From: Roseiflexaceae bacterium | GTDB taxonomy: Bacteria; Chloroflexota; Chloroflexia; Chloroflexales; Roseiflexaceae | Reading direction: 5' to 3' | Assembly (NCBI GenBank): GCA_014381165.1 | Contig: JACMIM010000574.1 | Coordinates: 1 to 61,759, forward strand | DNA: 61,759 bases | In this document: positions 10,103 to 19,846 of the stretch, in pieces | How positions within the stretch are numbered: the first letter of the stretch is position 1 | How the letters are laid out: each line of letters opens with the position of its first letter | Notes under the pieces: generated by a model | What the model was told of the DNA's origin: nothing | Seen by the model: only the letters and a program-made list of their open reading frames with translations | Database searches by the model: none | Made by a program: the position numbers and the translations under genes

Positions 10103-11075
10103 ACGATGTAGTATCACACCACGATCGCTCTTTTGTTCTCGCGGTACAAATGGTCGATGCCAGCGCTGAGAATGTGTTCATAACCTACAACCAACGCATC
10201 GCGCCGAATACCCGGCGACGCCAGGCTGCCGATCTCAAGGTATTTGCTGTCTATCTTAACAATATTGGCATTCCAACCAGTGCGCTGCAGTTAGCAGCAG
10301 ATCCACACCACTGGACAGCGGTAAATAGCAGAATAGTCGAAGAGTTTGTGCACTGGCAACTTCAACAAGGCTATGCCATCGGCTCGATCGGTGTACGCCT
10401 CACAACTGTGAAGCGCTACTGCGCACTTGCGACAAGCATGGGCGCAGTGAATCCAGCGGCGGAGCGCTTGATTGCCACCGTCCGTGCATACAATGAACGG
10501 GAGGGGCGATTTCTGGATGCAGAGCGTATAGTGACGCGCCGCGGAGAAAAGAAAGCAACCGCGCTCACCCTGACCCACGCGCAAGCGGGCCGCTTGAAAA
10601 GCAGGTCGGGAGAATCGCCTCAAGGTTGGCGCGATGCACTGCTGATGTGTCTGCTGCTCGATCACGGCCTGCGCGTCAGCGAGGTGGCTGCACTCCAGCG
10701 CAACGCTATCGACCTGGAGCATGAACGGCTCATTTTCTTTCGGCAAAGAATCGCCGCACCGCGCATGCACCAATTGACCGCAGATACGTTGCTCACTGCG
10801 ATGATGTATCTCGCGCAGAATGGCATTAACACGGGGCCGCTTCTCCGCGCGAGCCGCCGTGGAGGGCAGCTCGTCGCGGGCGGCATGTCGACCCGCGCGA
10901 TCAATGCCCGAGTTGGGCTGCTCGGGGCAACGGTCGATGCTCCTAATTTATCACCACACGATTGCTGTCACTATTGGACCATTATGGGTTCTGCGGCGAG
11001 CACGGATTGAAGCGTTCCTGCTAAATTTTGGGTGAGTGTCCACCAACGCACCTGACAAATTTGTAATTCGAACCA
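10099..11075 (+). pseudogene. Decayed tyrosine recombinase
   Basis: The Arg-box LLLDHGLRVSEVAAL is present. The HxxR box reads HDCCH (Arg replaced by Cys). The ORF stops at 11010, before any catalytic Tyr. Residual similarity continues out of frame (EAFLLNFG-TGA-VSTNAPDKF). Confidence 0.5.
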
Positions 11076-11409
11076 CTATTCCATATTCACTATACAGTCA
11101 TCATATCTTACTACAATTAGGTGTATGTATTGGCGGCAGGGCACTTCCGCTATGTAGCTGTAAAGATCGCCGTAAGTGGCGAATTTTGCTCAGAAACAAC
11201 GTGGTCGTATGCCTTCTCGTGTAGATGATATCGCCGTTTGGAGCGAATTTATCTATGTTACGCGGCGTTGAAATAGCTTGCGCGCGCTACAATGTTCAAG
11301 ATTAAAGATCACAAACACCCGCCTGAGAGCTTCAGCGTGGCGTATCCTTTTCGCTAGATTCCTCTTTACGATCGTACACAGCACTGGCATATGCATCTGG
11401 AGGATAACT

Positions 11410-12306
11410 GTGGTTACTTTGCACTGGCGTATCATAGCACTTCTTACGTGGTTGGCATTTTTCTTCAATATTGAACGTGTTGATATCACCGACATCGGTA
11501 CCATTAATCTGGCGTCTGGCACATATGTTGTGGGCCTGCTGGCAGCATTATTACCACTTATACCACTTCCGTTGAAGCGGCCGCTGCCACTCCTTGTCCT
11601 GGTTCTATCCATATTGTATGCTGGTGCCTTGCTACTGAGTCCAGGTCCCATACTTGGCGGTGTTTACACCTATCTCACGCTGACCGGAGCGTTCATGCTA
11701 GCGACGGTATTCCTGTTAAGCTACCGGGTACGACAGGCGTTGGAAGAGTTTCGTGATGCAATTGAGATGATTACGTTCTCAGATAAAGGGCGGCATCTCC
11801 AAAAGATCAACGACGCGCAAGAACTTGTAGACATCGAAATAAATCGCAGCAGGCGAACCGAGCGGCCATTGAGCGTTATCGTTTTCCAAACTGATACTTC
11901 GTCATTAAACATGACAATGCATCGGCTCGTTCAAGAAGTGCAGCGCTCGATGATGCAGCGGTATGTGCTCTCGATGACAGCCAAGACGTTTTCACGGTAC
12001 ATGCGACGCACCGATATTATTTTCGAGGATCACAAGCCTGGGCGGCTTATTCTACTCGCACCAGAAGTTGGCGAAGGCGAGGCGACAAAGGTCGGCGAGC
12101 GCATCGTGAAGCTTGTCGAGGAGCGGCTAGGCGTAACTGTCAACTATAGCTATGCAGCGTTTCCACAACAGGCGCTTACGTTTGAGGAGTTGTTGAACGT
12201 GGCCGATCAACGGCTTCAAAGCCAGAACGCCATTAAGCACGAAGACGTACATCTCGACGACAAGATTCTCGATCTTCAGGAGGCTAGTGCCCCCCCTTCT
12301 GTTTGA
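11410..12306 (+). CDS. Membrane protein with a degenerate GGDEF-like C-terminal domain
   Basis: GTG 11410 is preceded by TGGAGGA. There are about 5 TM helices. A domain collinear with diguanylate cyclases follows (LSVIVFQTD..., ...LILLAPEVGEGEATKVGERIV..., ELLNVADQRLQ), but it lacks the GG(D/E)EF motif. Confidence 0.5.
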   Translation: MVTLHWRIIALLTWLAFFFNIERVDITDIGTINLASGTYVVGLLAALLPLIPLPLKRPLPLLVLVLSILYAGALLLSPGPILGGVYTYLTLTGAFMLATVFLLSYRVRQALEEFRDAIEMITFSDKGRHLQKINDAQELVDIEINRSRRTERPLSVIVFQTDTSSLNMTMHRLVQEVQRSMMQRYVLSMTAKTFSRYMRRTDIIFEDHKPGRLILLAPEVGEGEATKVGERIVKLVEERLGVTVNYSYAAFPQQALTFEELLNVADQRLQSQNAIKHEDVHLDDKILDLQEASAPPSV

Positions 12307-12545
12307 AGCGACAATGCCGCCGTCGAACTCGTTCAGCCCGCCCAGCCGGACGAATTCGACCGGCTGCTCGGGTTTTCGTGTGCGCAGGATGGATGCCGCA
12401 TAAAGAGGCTGGTCATACTCTCTGCGGCACGCCGGTTCGCCCTGAACTAACTAGCAAGAGCAGAGAACCCAGGTACGCCACCCAGGACACAGCACGAAGC
12501 TGAATCATAGGTTTGCTCTCATACGAAAGACAAGGAAGCAGTACG

Positions 12546-13505
12546 ATGCGCTATATAGTAACAGGCGGGGCAGGCTTTATTGGTAGCCATTTGGTCGATG
12601 CGCTATTGGCCCGCGGAGACGAAGTGGTCTGTGTCGACAATTTCAATGACTACTATGCGCCAGCGCGTAAACGACGTAACGTTGCCTTGGCCCTCGAACA
12701 GCCGGGATATACAGTCGCGCAGGTTGATTTTCGCGATGGCGAAGCCTTGGAGCGCGTGTTCGCCACGCATCGCCCGCAACGGGTAGCGCACTTGGGCGGT
12801 ATGGCGAACGCACGCTTCTCGGTCGACCACGCGCCGCTCTACGTTCAAAGCAATGTGGCAGGTACCGTCAACCTGCTAGAGCTAGCGCGGCGCTACGATG
12901 TGGAATGCTTTCTACTCGCATCAACTTCGTCGGTATACGGAAGCTCGCCGACTCCCTGGAGTGAAACATTGCCCGCCGATCGCCCGCTCTCGCCGTATGC
13001 GGCAAGCAAGCGAGCAGCCGAAGTTCATGCGTTCACCTATCACCATCTGTATGGCATGCCCACGACCATCGTGCGCTTCTTCACAGTGTACGGGCCACGC
13101 GGGCGTCCTGACATGACTCCATACTTGTTTGTCGATAAGATGGTACGGAACGAGCCGTTCACGCTGTTCAACGCAGGCGAGAATCTCTACCGCGACTATA
13201 CGTATGTCGACGACATCATCGCTGGCGTAACCGCAGCGCTCGATGCTGCCTTTCCATTCGAGATCATCAATCTTGGCAACGAGCGGCCAGTCCTGATGCA
13301 ACGCTTTGTGGAACTGCTTGAACAGATCACAAACACGCGCGCGCGCATCAAAAGTGTGCCAACGCCCTCTACCGAGCCGCCGATCACCTTTGCAGATACC
13401 AGCAAAGCACAACGACTATTAGGCTATCACCCGCAAACGAACATCGAGCAGGGACTTGAGTTTTTTTGGCGGTGGTATCAAGATGAAGTCCTGAACCGCA
13501 CGTGA
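12546..13505 (+). CDS. NAD-dependent epimerase (UDP-glucuronate 4-epimerase-like)
   Basis: VTGGAGFIGSHLVDALLARGDEVVCVDNFNDYY and YAASKRA (YxxxK) are present. ATG 12546 is preceded by AAGGAAG. Confidence 0.8.
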   Translation: MRYIVTGGAGFIGSHLVDALLARGDEVVCVDNFNDYYAPARKRRNVALALEQPGYTVAQVDFRDGEALERVFATHRPQRVAHLGGMANARFSVDHAPLYVQSNVAGTVNLLELARRYDVECFLLASTSSVYGSSPTPWSETLPADRPLSPYAASKRAAEVHAFTYHHLYGMPTTIVRFFTVYGPRGRPDMTPYLFVDKMVRNEPFTLFNAGENLYRDYTYVDDIIAGVTAALDAAFPFEIINLGNERPVLMQRFVELLEQITNTRARIKSVPTPSTEPPITFADTSKAQRLLGYHPQTNIEQGLEFFWRWYQDEVLNRT

Positions 13506-13648
13506 TCATGAGGTGACGAAATATTCATATGCGGCTTGTGAGTCAGGACAGGCGATTGTCATAGCGACATAGCCCCAAAACGCCGTCTGTGAGTACGAGC
13601 TGTCATTGTTCAAGGTAGATACCTAACCGCTCGGCATCTCAGCGCGGG

Positions 13649-13694
13649 GACGTGTAATAGGCTGGGCGCAGATGCGCCCGGCCTATTACACGTC
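13649..13694. repeat. 22-bp-stem GC-rich hairpin
   Basis: The sequence is GACGTGTAATAGGCTGGGCGCA-GA-TGCGCCCGGCCTATTACACGTC with one T/G wobble. No U-tract follows on either strand. Confidence 0.7.
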
Positions 13695-13727
13695 ACCAGC
13701 AAACAATCGCATAAAGTCACAGCGCTA

Positions 13728-14600
13728 TAGCTGAATTGCCATTATTCCACACATATATGAGACAAACTGCCACAATTTATTGAGATGTTGTCAACATTCT
13801 ATACGCTGTCATAAGCTGTAATTCGTGACTAGAAACATATTGAGCTATAGGGCGAAGAAGTGCGACCATGGTATGACCATATGTTCCTAGACGGGAGTTG
13901 TAAATACGTGGTAAAAATGTTGTGCAACGAGAACTCATATTCGTTGAACGCAACGGCGGACAGACAGGTTTGCATAGAGGGAGTAATCAAGGACATGCAA
14001 CACGTTTTTGTTGCGAACGGGGATGGTTTTACTGCACCCGCAAAGTTATGGTACTTAACGGCCTGCTCATCATACTACTGTCTTTGCTCCTACACTCACT
14101 AGCTCATGCTTCTTCTCGATCATAATTTTCGCGGCCGCGCTGCACAGCAGCGCGCCACCGTCCACGCGGGAGATCGAGCAGAGCTTCGTCACGTTCCTCT
14201 AGGGTGTTTACGGGTGATATGAAGCGATACGCCACCAATCGAGGAGCGGCGTAAGTTCGGAGAAACCGGGCTGTACTACACCAACTTCCCCATGCAGCCG
14301 CGAACCATTGCCGCCGAAATTGCCTACAACAATGGGAAGATATGTATCAGGGCCAGCGCTACCAGCGCGTAGTTCACCGCATCGCCGGAGTTCAAGCAGT
14401 ATCCGAGCCGCTTCCCTTTCTACCAGCACATCGACAGAGATTATGTCGGCATGTGCTACAAGGTTGGACGGCTTGAGGTCGCACGCAATCATATAGACGA
14501 CTCCAACGCGGATTGGCTGCTTCAGCAGTTTCGGCCAGTCACAACCACGGAAGTAGTTCGTTACGTTACCGTCACCCACGGCAACTTCACCCCATAAAGG
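13728..14600 (+). pseudogene. Internally deleted copy of the alginate-lyase-family gene at 56231-57967, including its upstream region
   Basis: Nucleotide similarity to the reverse complement of about 56231-58195 comes in patches. These cover the upstream region plus the signal peptide (VMVLNGLLIILLSLLLHSLAHASS), an APPSTREIEQSFVTFL patch, and the C-terminal ~120 codons (GLYYTNFPMQP...VTVTHGNF). Stops and frame breaks are present. Confidence 0.6.
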
Positions 14601-14737
14601 TGAGATGGCTTAGGCCTTGGCAAAAAAGCTCGCCGATGAGTCTGGCTAAGGATGCATGATTCTCAAGAGTCACGAGTGTGGGATGCCCCCATGCTATTCA
14701 CGCAGACTCTGAATGCTCTACTAGAAAGGCTCACTCA

Positions 14738-15775
14738 ATGCCCCCCAAAAGGAAATTCACGCGCTTTCCCGTTCGATTTCAACGGGCCTCGTTCTGGCGT
14801 GTCCCCAGCCTCGCCCTAGTGCTCGTGGTTATGGCTGTGCTGCTTGTCTATGTCCGGGGTACAGCAGCAGCAACCCTTACGCCGGATGCTAATGCTGCCC
14901 ACGCCAATCACCATCCAGATGCAGCAAAGCAGAACAACGAATCTCCACTGCTGACAGGACCAACTCACAAGACCAACGACGGGCCGTTCTTTCAGGTGCA
15001 TTGCTCGCTGGGACAACGCCTTCGTGATGACCCAATCGTTTTCCCAAACCAGCCGGGCGCGAGCCACGAGCACCAATTCTCTGGGGCGAAAGTCATCAAC
15101 GCGTTCTCGTCTTATGAGACACTCACCAGAGGCGGTACGAGCTGCAACAACCTAAATGACACCGCTGGGTACTGGGCGCCAGCACTCTATGACTCGCGGG
15201 GTGTATTACGTTCACCATTTCGGATCAAGGCATATTACTACGCCAATAACAGCGGTACCAAGACGACGCTCCGGGCGTTCCCACGAAACTTGCGCATCAT
15301 TGCCGGTGACCCACGCGCCACAGGCCCTCAGCCAGTAGGAGTGATCGACTGGTTCTGTCGCAACCGAACAAACCAGGACAAGGGCCTGCCGCTTGCCAGA
15401 ACTAGCCCGCCACAGTGCGATTCAGATGAGTTTCTCTCACTCAGTATTCGATTTCCCGATTGCTGGGACGGTGTCAACCTCGACTCATCGGATCATCGTC
15501 GCCACATGGCCTATTCCAGCGAGAGGATGCTCTGCCCGTCGACACATCCAGTCAAGTTGCCCAAGCTACGCCTAAGCGTCGTCTACGAAGATAAAGCGTT
15601 CACTGGTGGAAACTTCACACTTGGTGGTACCAGTCAACAGCGCGGACTGCCGTGGTACGCAATGCACGCCGACTTCTGGAATACGTGGCAACAAAGCCCA
15701 CTGGAAAAGCTCGTCAATGACTGCCTGAAGAGCAGTGCTAATGGAACCACGCGTCCATCGGGCTGTCAGTCATAG
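14738..15775 (+). CDS. Secreted/anchored DUF1996-family protein
   Basis: An N-terminal TM/signal segment is present (LALVLVVMAVLLVYV). The segments DPIVFPNQPGASHEHQFSG and DCWDG fit DUF1996 as I remember it. Confidence 0.55.
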   Translation: MPPKRKFTRFPVRFQRASFWRVPSLALVLVVMAVLLVYVRGTAAATLTPDANAAHANHHPDAAKQNNESPLLTGPTHKTNDGPFFQVHCSLGQRLRDDPIVFPNQPGASHEHQFSGAKVINAFSSYETLTRGGTSCNNLNDTAGYWAPALYDSRGVLRSPFRIKAYYYANNSGTKTTLRAFPRNLRIIAGDPRATGPQPVGVIDWFCRNRTNQDKGLPLARTSPPQCDSDEFLSLSIRFPDCWDGVNLDSSDHRRHMAYSSERMLCPSTHPVKLPKLRLSVVYEDKAFTGGNFTLGGTSQQRGLPWYAMHADFWNTWQQSPLEKLVNDCLKSSANGTTRPSGCQS

Positions 15776-15979
15776 CGATACGGCAGCATTGAGATCGGCT
15801 AAGGCAGTAAAGAAGGCCCCAATCACAAACGGTTGCTTCGCCGTTCATGATCGGGGCCAAGGGATAGAAGACATCTGAGTTAGGCCGGTTCTTAGGAGTA
15901 GCCGTGGTAGCCGCTAGATACGGTAGTTGCACTCACCCATGGCTCAACGCCGTATCATGCGTTGATGTCAAGCTGTTGT

Positions 15980-16675
15980 CTAGTGCGCTCCACGTCCAGC
16001 CAGTACTGAGCTAACCGTGCGGAACAAAATCTCGATGTCGAGCGCGAAGCAGCGATGCTTGATATACGCGATATCAAGACGAAGCCGTGCATCGAACTCG
16101 CTTTCGCCACGCCCGTAAATCTGCCAAAGCCCAGTTAGTCCTGGGATCACATCGAGGCGCTGGGTCTGCCAGAGTATGTAGGTGCTAGCAGCGAACGACG
16201 TAGGCCGCGGACCAACTAGGCTCATCTCGCCACGCAGCACATTGATAAGCTGGGGCAGCTCGTCAAGGCTTGTCTTGCGCAAAATCTTGCCAACGCGCGT
16301 GATACGTGGATCGTTAGTGATTTTGAAGTCAGGCCACTTCAGCTCGTTGAGATGGGCGAGCTGCTTCTTTATTTCCTCGGCGTTCGGCACCATTGTACGA
16401 AACTTATAGATAGCAAAGCGCTTGCCACCTTTACCAGTACGCTGCTGCGTAAACATGATTGGGCCGCCCGGCGACTCAAGCTTGATCAGCAGCGCGATCA
16501 GCGCAAACACGGGCACCAATAGCGGCAAGGCCAAGACACAAGCGGTGATGTCAAATACCCGCTTGAAAACGAGATAGCTTTGTTTGCGAAGCAAGGAGCG
16601 CTGGGGACGATACTGCTCGACCCAGGTCAGATCGTCCCTTGCCTGAACCCTTCGCTCGAACACGGAAGCTGTCAT
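15980..16675 (-). CDS. Initiating sugar-phosphate transferase (bacterial sugar transferase family)
   Basis: FKRVFDITACVLALPLLVPVFALIALLIKLESPGGPIMFTQQRTGKGGKRFAIYKFRTM and SLVGPRP are signature segments. ATG 16675 is preceded by GGGAG. Confidence 0.8.
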   Translation of the reverse strand: MTASVFERRVQARDDLTWVEQYRPQRSLLRKQSYLVFKRVFDITACVLALPLLVPVFALIALLIKLESPGGPIMFTQQRTGKGGKRFAIYKFRTMVPNAEEIKKQLAHLNELKWPDFKITNDPRITRVGKILRKTSLDELPQLINVLRGEMSLVGPRPTSFAASTYILWQTQRLDVIPGLTGLWQIYGRGESEFDARLRLDIAYIKHRCFALDIEILFRTVSSVLAGRGAH

Positions 16676-17260
16676 GTACTGTCTCCCTCTTGCCGTTATC
16701 GCTGCCAATGCGCTTTTACAATGAGTATCATGCGTGCGTTATAGAAATGTTGATGATTTGTTGGGGATGAGGTGCAACTGTAGCGGGACTCACCTTCAAA
16801 TCTCTCTCATATTATCGTTTATTGTGGCTGAAATACAATTACAGTTTGTTCAGCAGATGGCTTTGTAATGCCCTTTTTGACGCTTCTAACGCTGAGAAAT
16901 ATAAACATTTTGTTATTAGTGTGCGCTGAAAAACTCGCCGCGCTACTAACAATAGGGCGTACCTGTCGTTTTATTTCAGCAGAGCCACTCCTGTGGTGTT
17001 TAGAAACTATCAACTTGTGAGGACGGGTATATGGCTAACTGGAGGTACTGTAGCTTTTCGTGAGGTTATAGGGCTTCCGGTAGAAGCGGAACAGAAAATA
17101 CCAATAAGCGAGACCGTGTACGTTGTGTAGCCCTCGAAGTTCCTTCACCGGCAGAGCACGTGGCTGATTCTCACATGCTGCTCCGCATATGGCACCGGCG
17201 CTTGTGCAGCACCAGGGGAGGCGCCCTCATGGTCGTGGTTGACGCCCTTTGTCACGGCCC

Positions 17261-18040
17261 TCAGCGCTGGTGTCGCCGACGTGCCCGCAACTCTGCGTCG
17301 GCTGCCGTATCGCTCTGCTCCGCATAGCGCAGCGTCGTCTGGATGTGCTTGTGACCGAGGCGCTTACGAATCGTTGCTAAGCTCACCCCCGCTTGTACCA
17401 GTGCCGTCGCGTGGCTGTGCCGCAGCTGGTGTAGCGTACACACGACCCCTGCAGTCGCGCAGTATCTCGCCCAACGTTCCTGCAGCGTCTGATACTGCAG
17501 CAGCAGCCCATCGCCATTCTTGAGCGGCCGAAAGAGCGGGCCGTGGCGCGCCTGCATCGCCTTGAGGTAGCGTCGCAGCAGTCGCACGAGTTGCGGGGCG
17601 TCCAGCAGCACGGTGCGGCGCTGGCCTCGCTTGCCAAGCACGTGTAGGTGCTCATCGTCCGGCGTCAGATCGAGATCGTCAACCTCGAGCTGTAGGGCCT
17701 CGCTGATGCGCAGCCCGGTCTCTGCGAGCATCCGAAACAGCAGTTGGTCGCGGAGTTGGTCGCGGGGGATCGTCGCCAAGATCGCGTCAATCGCAGCCCG
17801 TGTCACCCCCCGCGGTGCTGGCTCGGGCACCTGCACCCGGTCCAGCTTCACGAGCGGATTCGCCACCAGCAGGTCGTGGCGGACCGCCCACGTTAGAAAG
17901 CTGTTCAGGGCCGCAGCCGTACGCGCTCGACTTGCCGCGCTCCGGCCATCGCGACGCGCAAGCGCCGCACGCAGTGTGTCGACGGAGATCGTGGCGACCG
18001 TACCCTCGTGGCAAGCGCTGAGGTGGCGCATCGATCGCAC
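17261..18040 (-). CDS. Tyrosine recombinase (XerC/D-like integrase)
   Basis: The R box (GLRISEAL), HQLRHSHAT, and GHKHIQTTLRY with the catalytic Tyr are all present. Confidence 0.8.
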   Translation of the reverse strand: MRSMRHLSACHEGTVATISVDTLRAALARRDGRSAASRARTAAALNSFLTWAVRHDLLVANPLVKLDRVQVPEPAPRGVTRAAIDAILATIPRDQLRDQLLFRMLAETGLRISEALQLEVDDLDLTPDDEHLHVLGKRGQRRTVLLDAPQLVRLLRRYLKAMQARHGPLFRPLKNGDGLLLQYQTLQERWARYCATAGVVCTLHQLRHSHATALVQAGVSLATIRKRLGHKHIQTTLRYAEQSDTAADAELRARRRHQR

Positions 18041-18656
18041 AGCCGACTACGGTCCGCTCAACGCCCTGGCAGTCAATCGCATCCAACCACAGCTGATAGT
18101 TGAGCATTGGGACGACCTGCTCCGGATCGCGGGTTCGCTGACAATGGGAGCATGCCAGGTGGAGGGGCTGATGCGGACGCTTCAGCGCGGCGATCGCCCG
18201 ACGAAGCTGGCGCGGGCGCTGCAAGAGTTGGGGCGGATCATCAAAACGCTGTACCTGCTGAACTACCTCAACGACGAGGCGTACCGCCGGCGGATCTTGA
18301 CCCAGCTCAACCGCGGCGAGGGGCGGCACCGCTTAGCACGGGCGGTGTTCTATGGGCAGCGGGGGGAGCTGCGACAGCGCTATCGCGAGGGGCAAGAGGA
18401 CCAGTTGCACGCACTGGGGCTGGTGGTGAACGCGATCATCGTGTGGAACACGATGTATATGGCGCGAGCACTGGAGCACATCGGCCAAACCGGGCAGCCA
18501 GTGAACGATGCCGACGTGGCACGACTGGCGCCACTCAGGTCAGCACACCTTAACGTGCTAGGGCGCTACACCTTCGCGCTCCATGAGCCGATCGCCCGGG
18601 GCGAGTGGCGACCGTTACGCACAGCTGAACGGATCAGTCTGCCTAGCGAAGAGTAG
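18031..18656 (+). pseudogene. C-terminal fragment of a Tn3-family transposase
   Basis: WDDLLRIAGSL, ELGRIIKTLYLLNYLNDEAYRRRILTQLNRGEGRHRLARAVF and VVNAIIVWNTMYM are Tn3 TnpA C-terminal motifs. Homology starts exactly where the divergent recombinase gene begins. Confidence 0.7.
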
Positions 18657-18744
18657 GCGCTACACGCTCTCGCGTATTTGTATTTTCTGTTCCATTTCTA
18701 CCGGGAGCCCTTATACAAACCACCGTGTTGACGCCGCGTTTGAT

Positions 18745-19791
18745 ATGCACGATAATAGAGTTTATCGTGCATGTAAGAAAAACCGACGCTGCGAGGTGAT
18801 CTTGAATAGTCAACAAACGCAGCCTGCTGGCCAGCTCGTTCCCGCTGACCCGGCAGATCGCGCGGAGCTTCAACGTACTACAGCGGCAGCCCAGGCCTAT
18901 ATCGCTGAATCGTTAGCGCCAAACACGATCAAAGCCTATCAGTCCGATTGGGCCGACTTCACCGCGTGGTGCGCCAAGCATCAGCGCGAACCACTCCCGG
19001 CAATCCCCCACACGGTGATCCTCTACCTCTCGCACTTGGCCCAGCTCGGGCGGAAGCCCAGTACGATCGAGCGACGGTGTGCGAGCATCAAGCAAGCGCA
19101 CCGTTTCGCGCATCACCCTTCGCCCACCGACACAGTCGAGGTCGAGCAGGCCCTGCGCGGTATTCGCCGATCGCTGAAGGTGGCCCCAACCCAGAAGGCC
19201 GCCGCTGTGACCGAGATCGTGCGGGCCATGATCGAGGCGCTGCCGGATAAGCCGAGTTCGCTGCGCGATAAGGCGCTGCTGCTGATTGGGTTCGTGGGCG
19301 CGTTTCGACGGAGTGAGTTGGTCAGCCTTGACGTGCGTGACATAACCTTTACAAATGATGGTCTCGCCATCAACCTGCGGCAGTCGAAGACCGACCAGGA
19401 GGGCGCGGGCTATCTCAAAGGATTACCATACGGGTCGAACCCTGATACCTGCCCGGTACGCACCCTGCACGCCTGGCTTGATGCTGGACATATCACCGAG
19501 GGGCCGATCTTCCGCTCGTTCTCACGCCGGGGTGTGCTGCAAGCGAAGCGGCTGGAGGATGGCGAGGTCGCACGCATTATCAAGCGTGCGGCGCGGGCAG
19601 CTGGCCTTGATGCGCAGCAGTTCAGTGGTCACAGTCTACGCGCCGGCTTCGTGACCGCTGCCGCTGCGGCAGGTGAGCCGGAGTACCGTATCATGGAGCA
19701 GACTGGCCACACGTCCTCGGCGACCGTGCGGCGATACATGCGCCGGGGCAATCTCTTTCGCAACAACTCGGCCAGCAAGATTGGACTGTAA
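18745..19791 (+). CDS. Tyrosine recombinase
   Basis: TIKAYQSDWADFTAWC forms the core-binding domain. FRRSELVSL, HSLRAGFVT and GHTSSATVRRY form the catalytic set. The start is uncertain (ATG 18745). Confidence 0.75.
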   Translation: MHDNRVYRACKKNRRCEVILNSQQTQPAGQLVPADPADRAELQRTTAAAQAYIAESLAPNTIKAYQSDWADFTAWCAKHQREPLPAIPHTVILYLSHLAQLGRKPSTIERRCASIKQAHRFAHHPSPTDTVEVEQALRGIRRSLKVAPTQKAAAVTEIVRAMIEALPDKPSSLRDKALLLIGFVGAFRRSELVSLDVRDITFTNDGLAINLRQSKTDQEGAGYLKGLPYGSNPDTCPVRTLHAWLDAGHITEGPIFRSFSRRGVLQAKRLEDGEVARIIKRAARAAGLDAQQFSGHSLRAGFVTAAAAAGEPEYRIMEQTGHTSSATVRRYMRRGNLFRNNSASKIGL

Positions 19792-19846
19792 ACAACCGCA
19801 CGCCTAAAGGCGGCGGCTTTGCTCTGGCGCGGCGGTGGCCGATCAT

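Noticed and set aside
12303-12503. A 66-aa ORF between the GGDEF-like gene and the epimerase
   Set aside because: It is Arg-rich, has no SD sequence and has no motif. It most likely lies in an untranslated intergenic region.
16709-17260. A tRNA gene or att site as the integration target at the island edges (also checked 19792-19846, 42597-43030 and 44265-44824)
   Set aside because: I saw no cloverleaf-compatible sequence or GTTCGAATC-type T-arm, and no direct repeats shared by the two island edges.
17613-18656. A 347-aa ORF that looks like a complete gene
   Set aside because: Only the last ~205 aa carry Tn3 transposase motifs. The first ~140 aa are Ser/Arg-rich and are the antisense shadow of the recombinase gene at 17261-18040. 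I treat it as a truncated transposase pseudogene.
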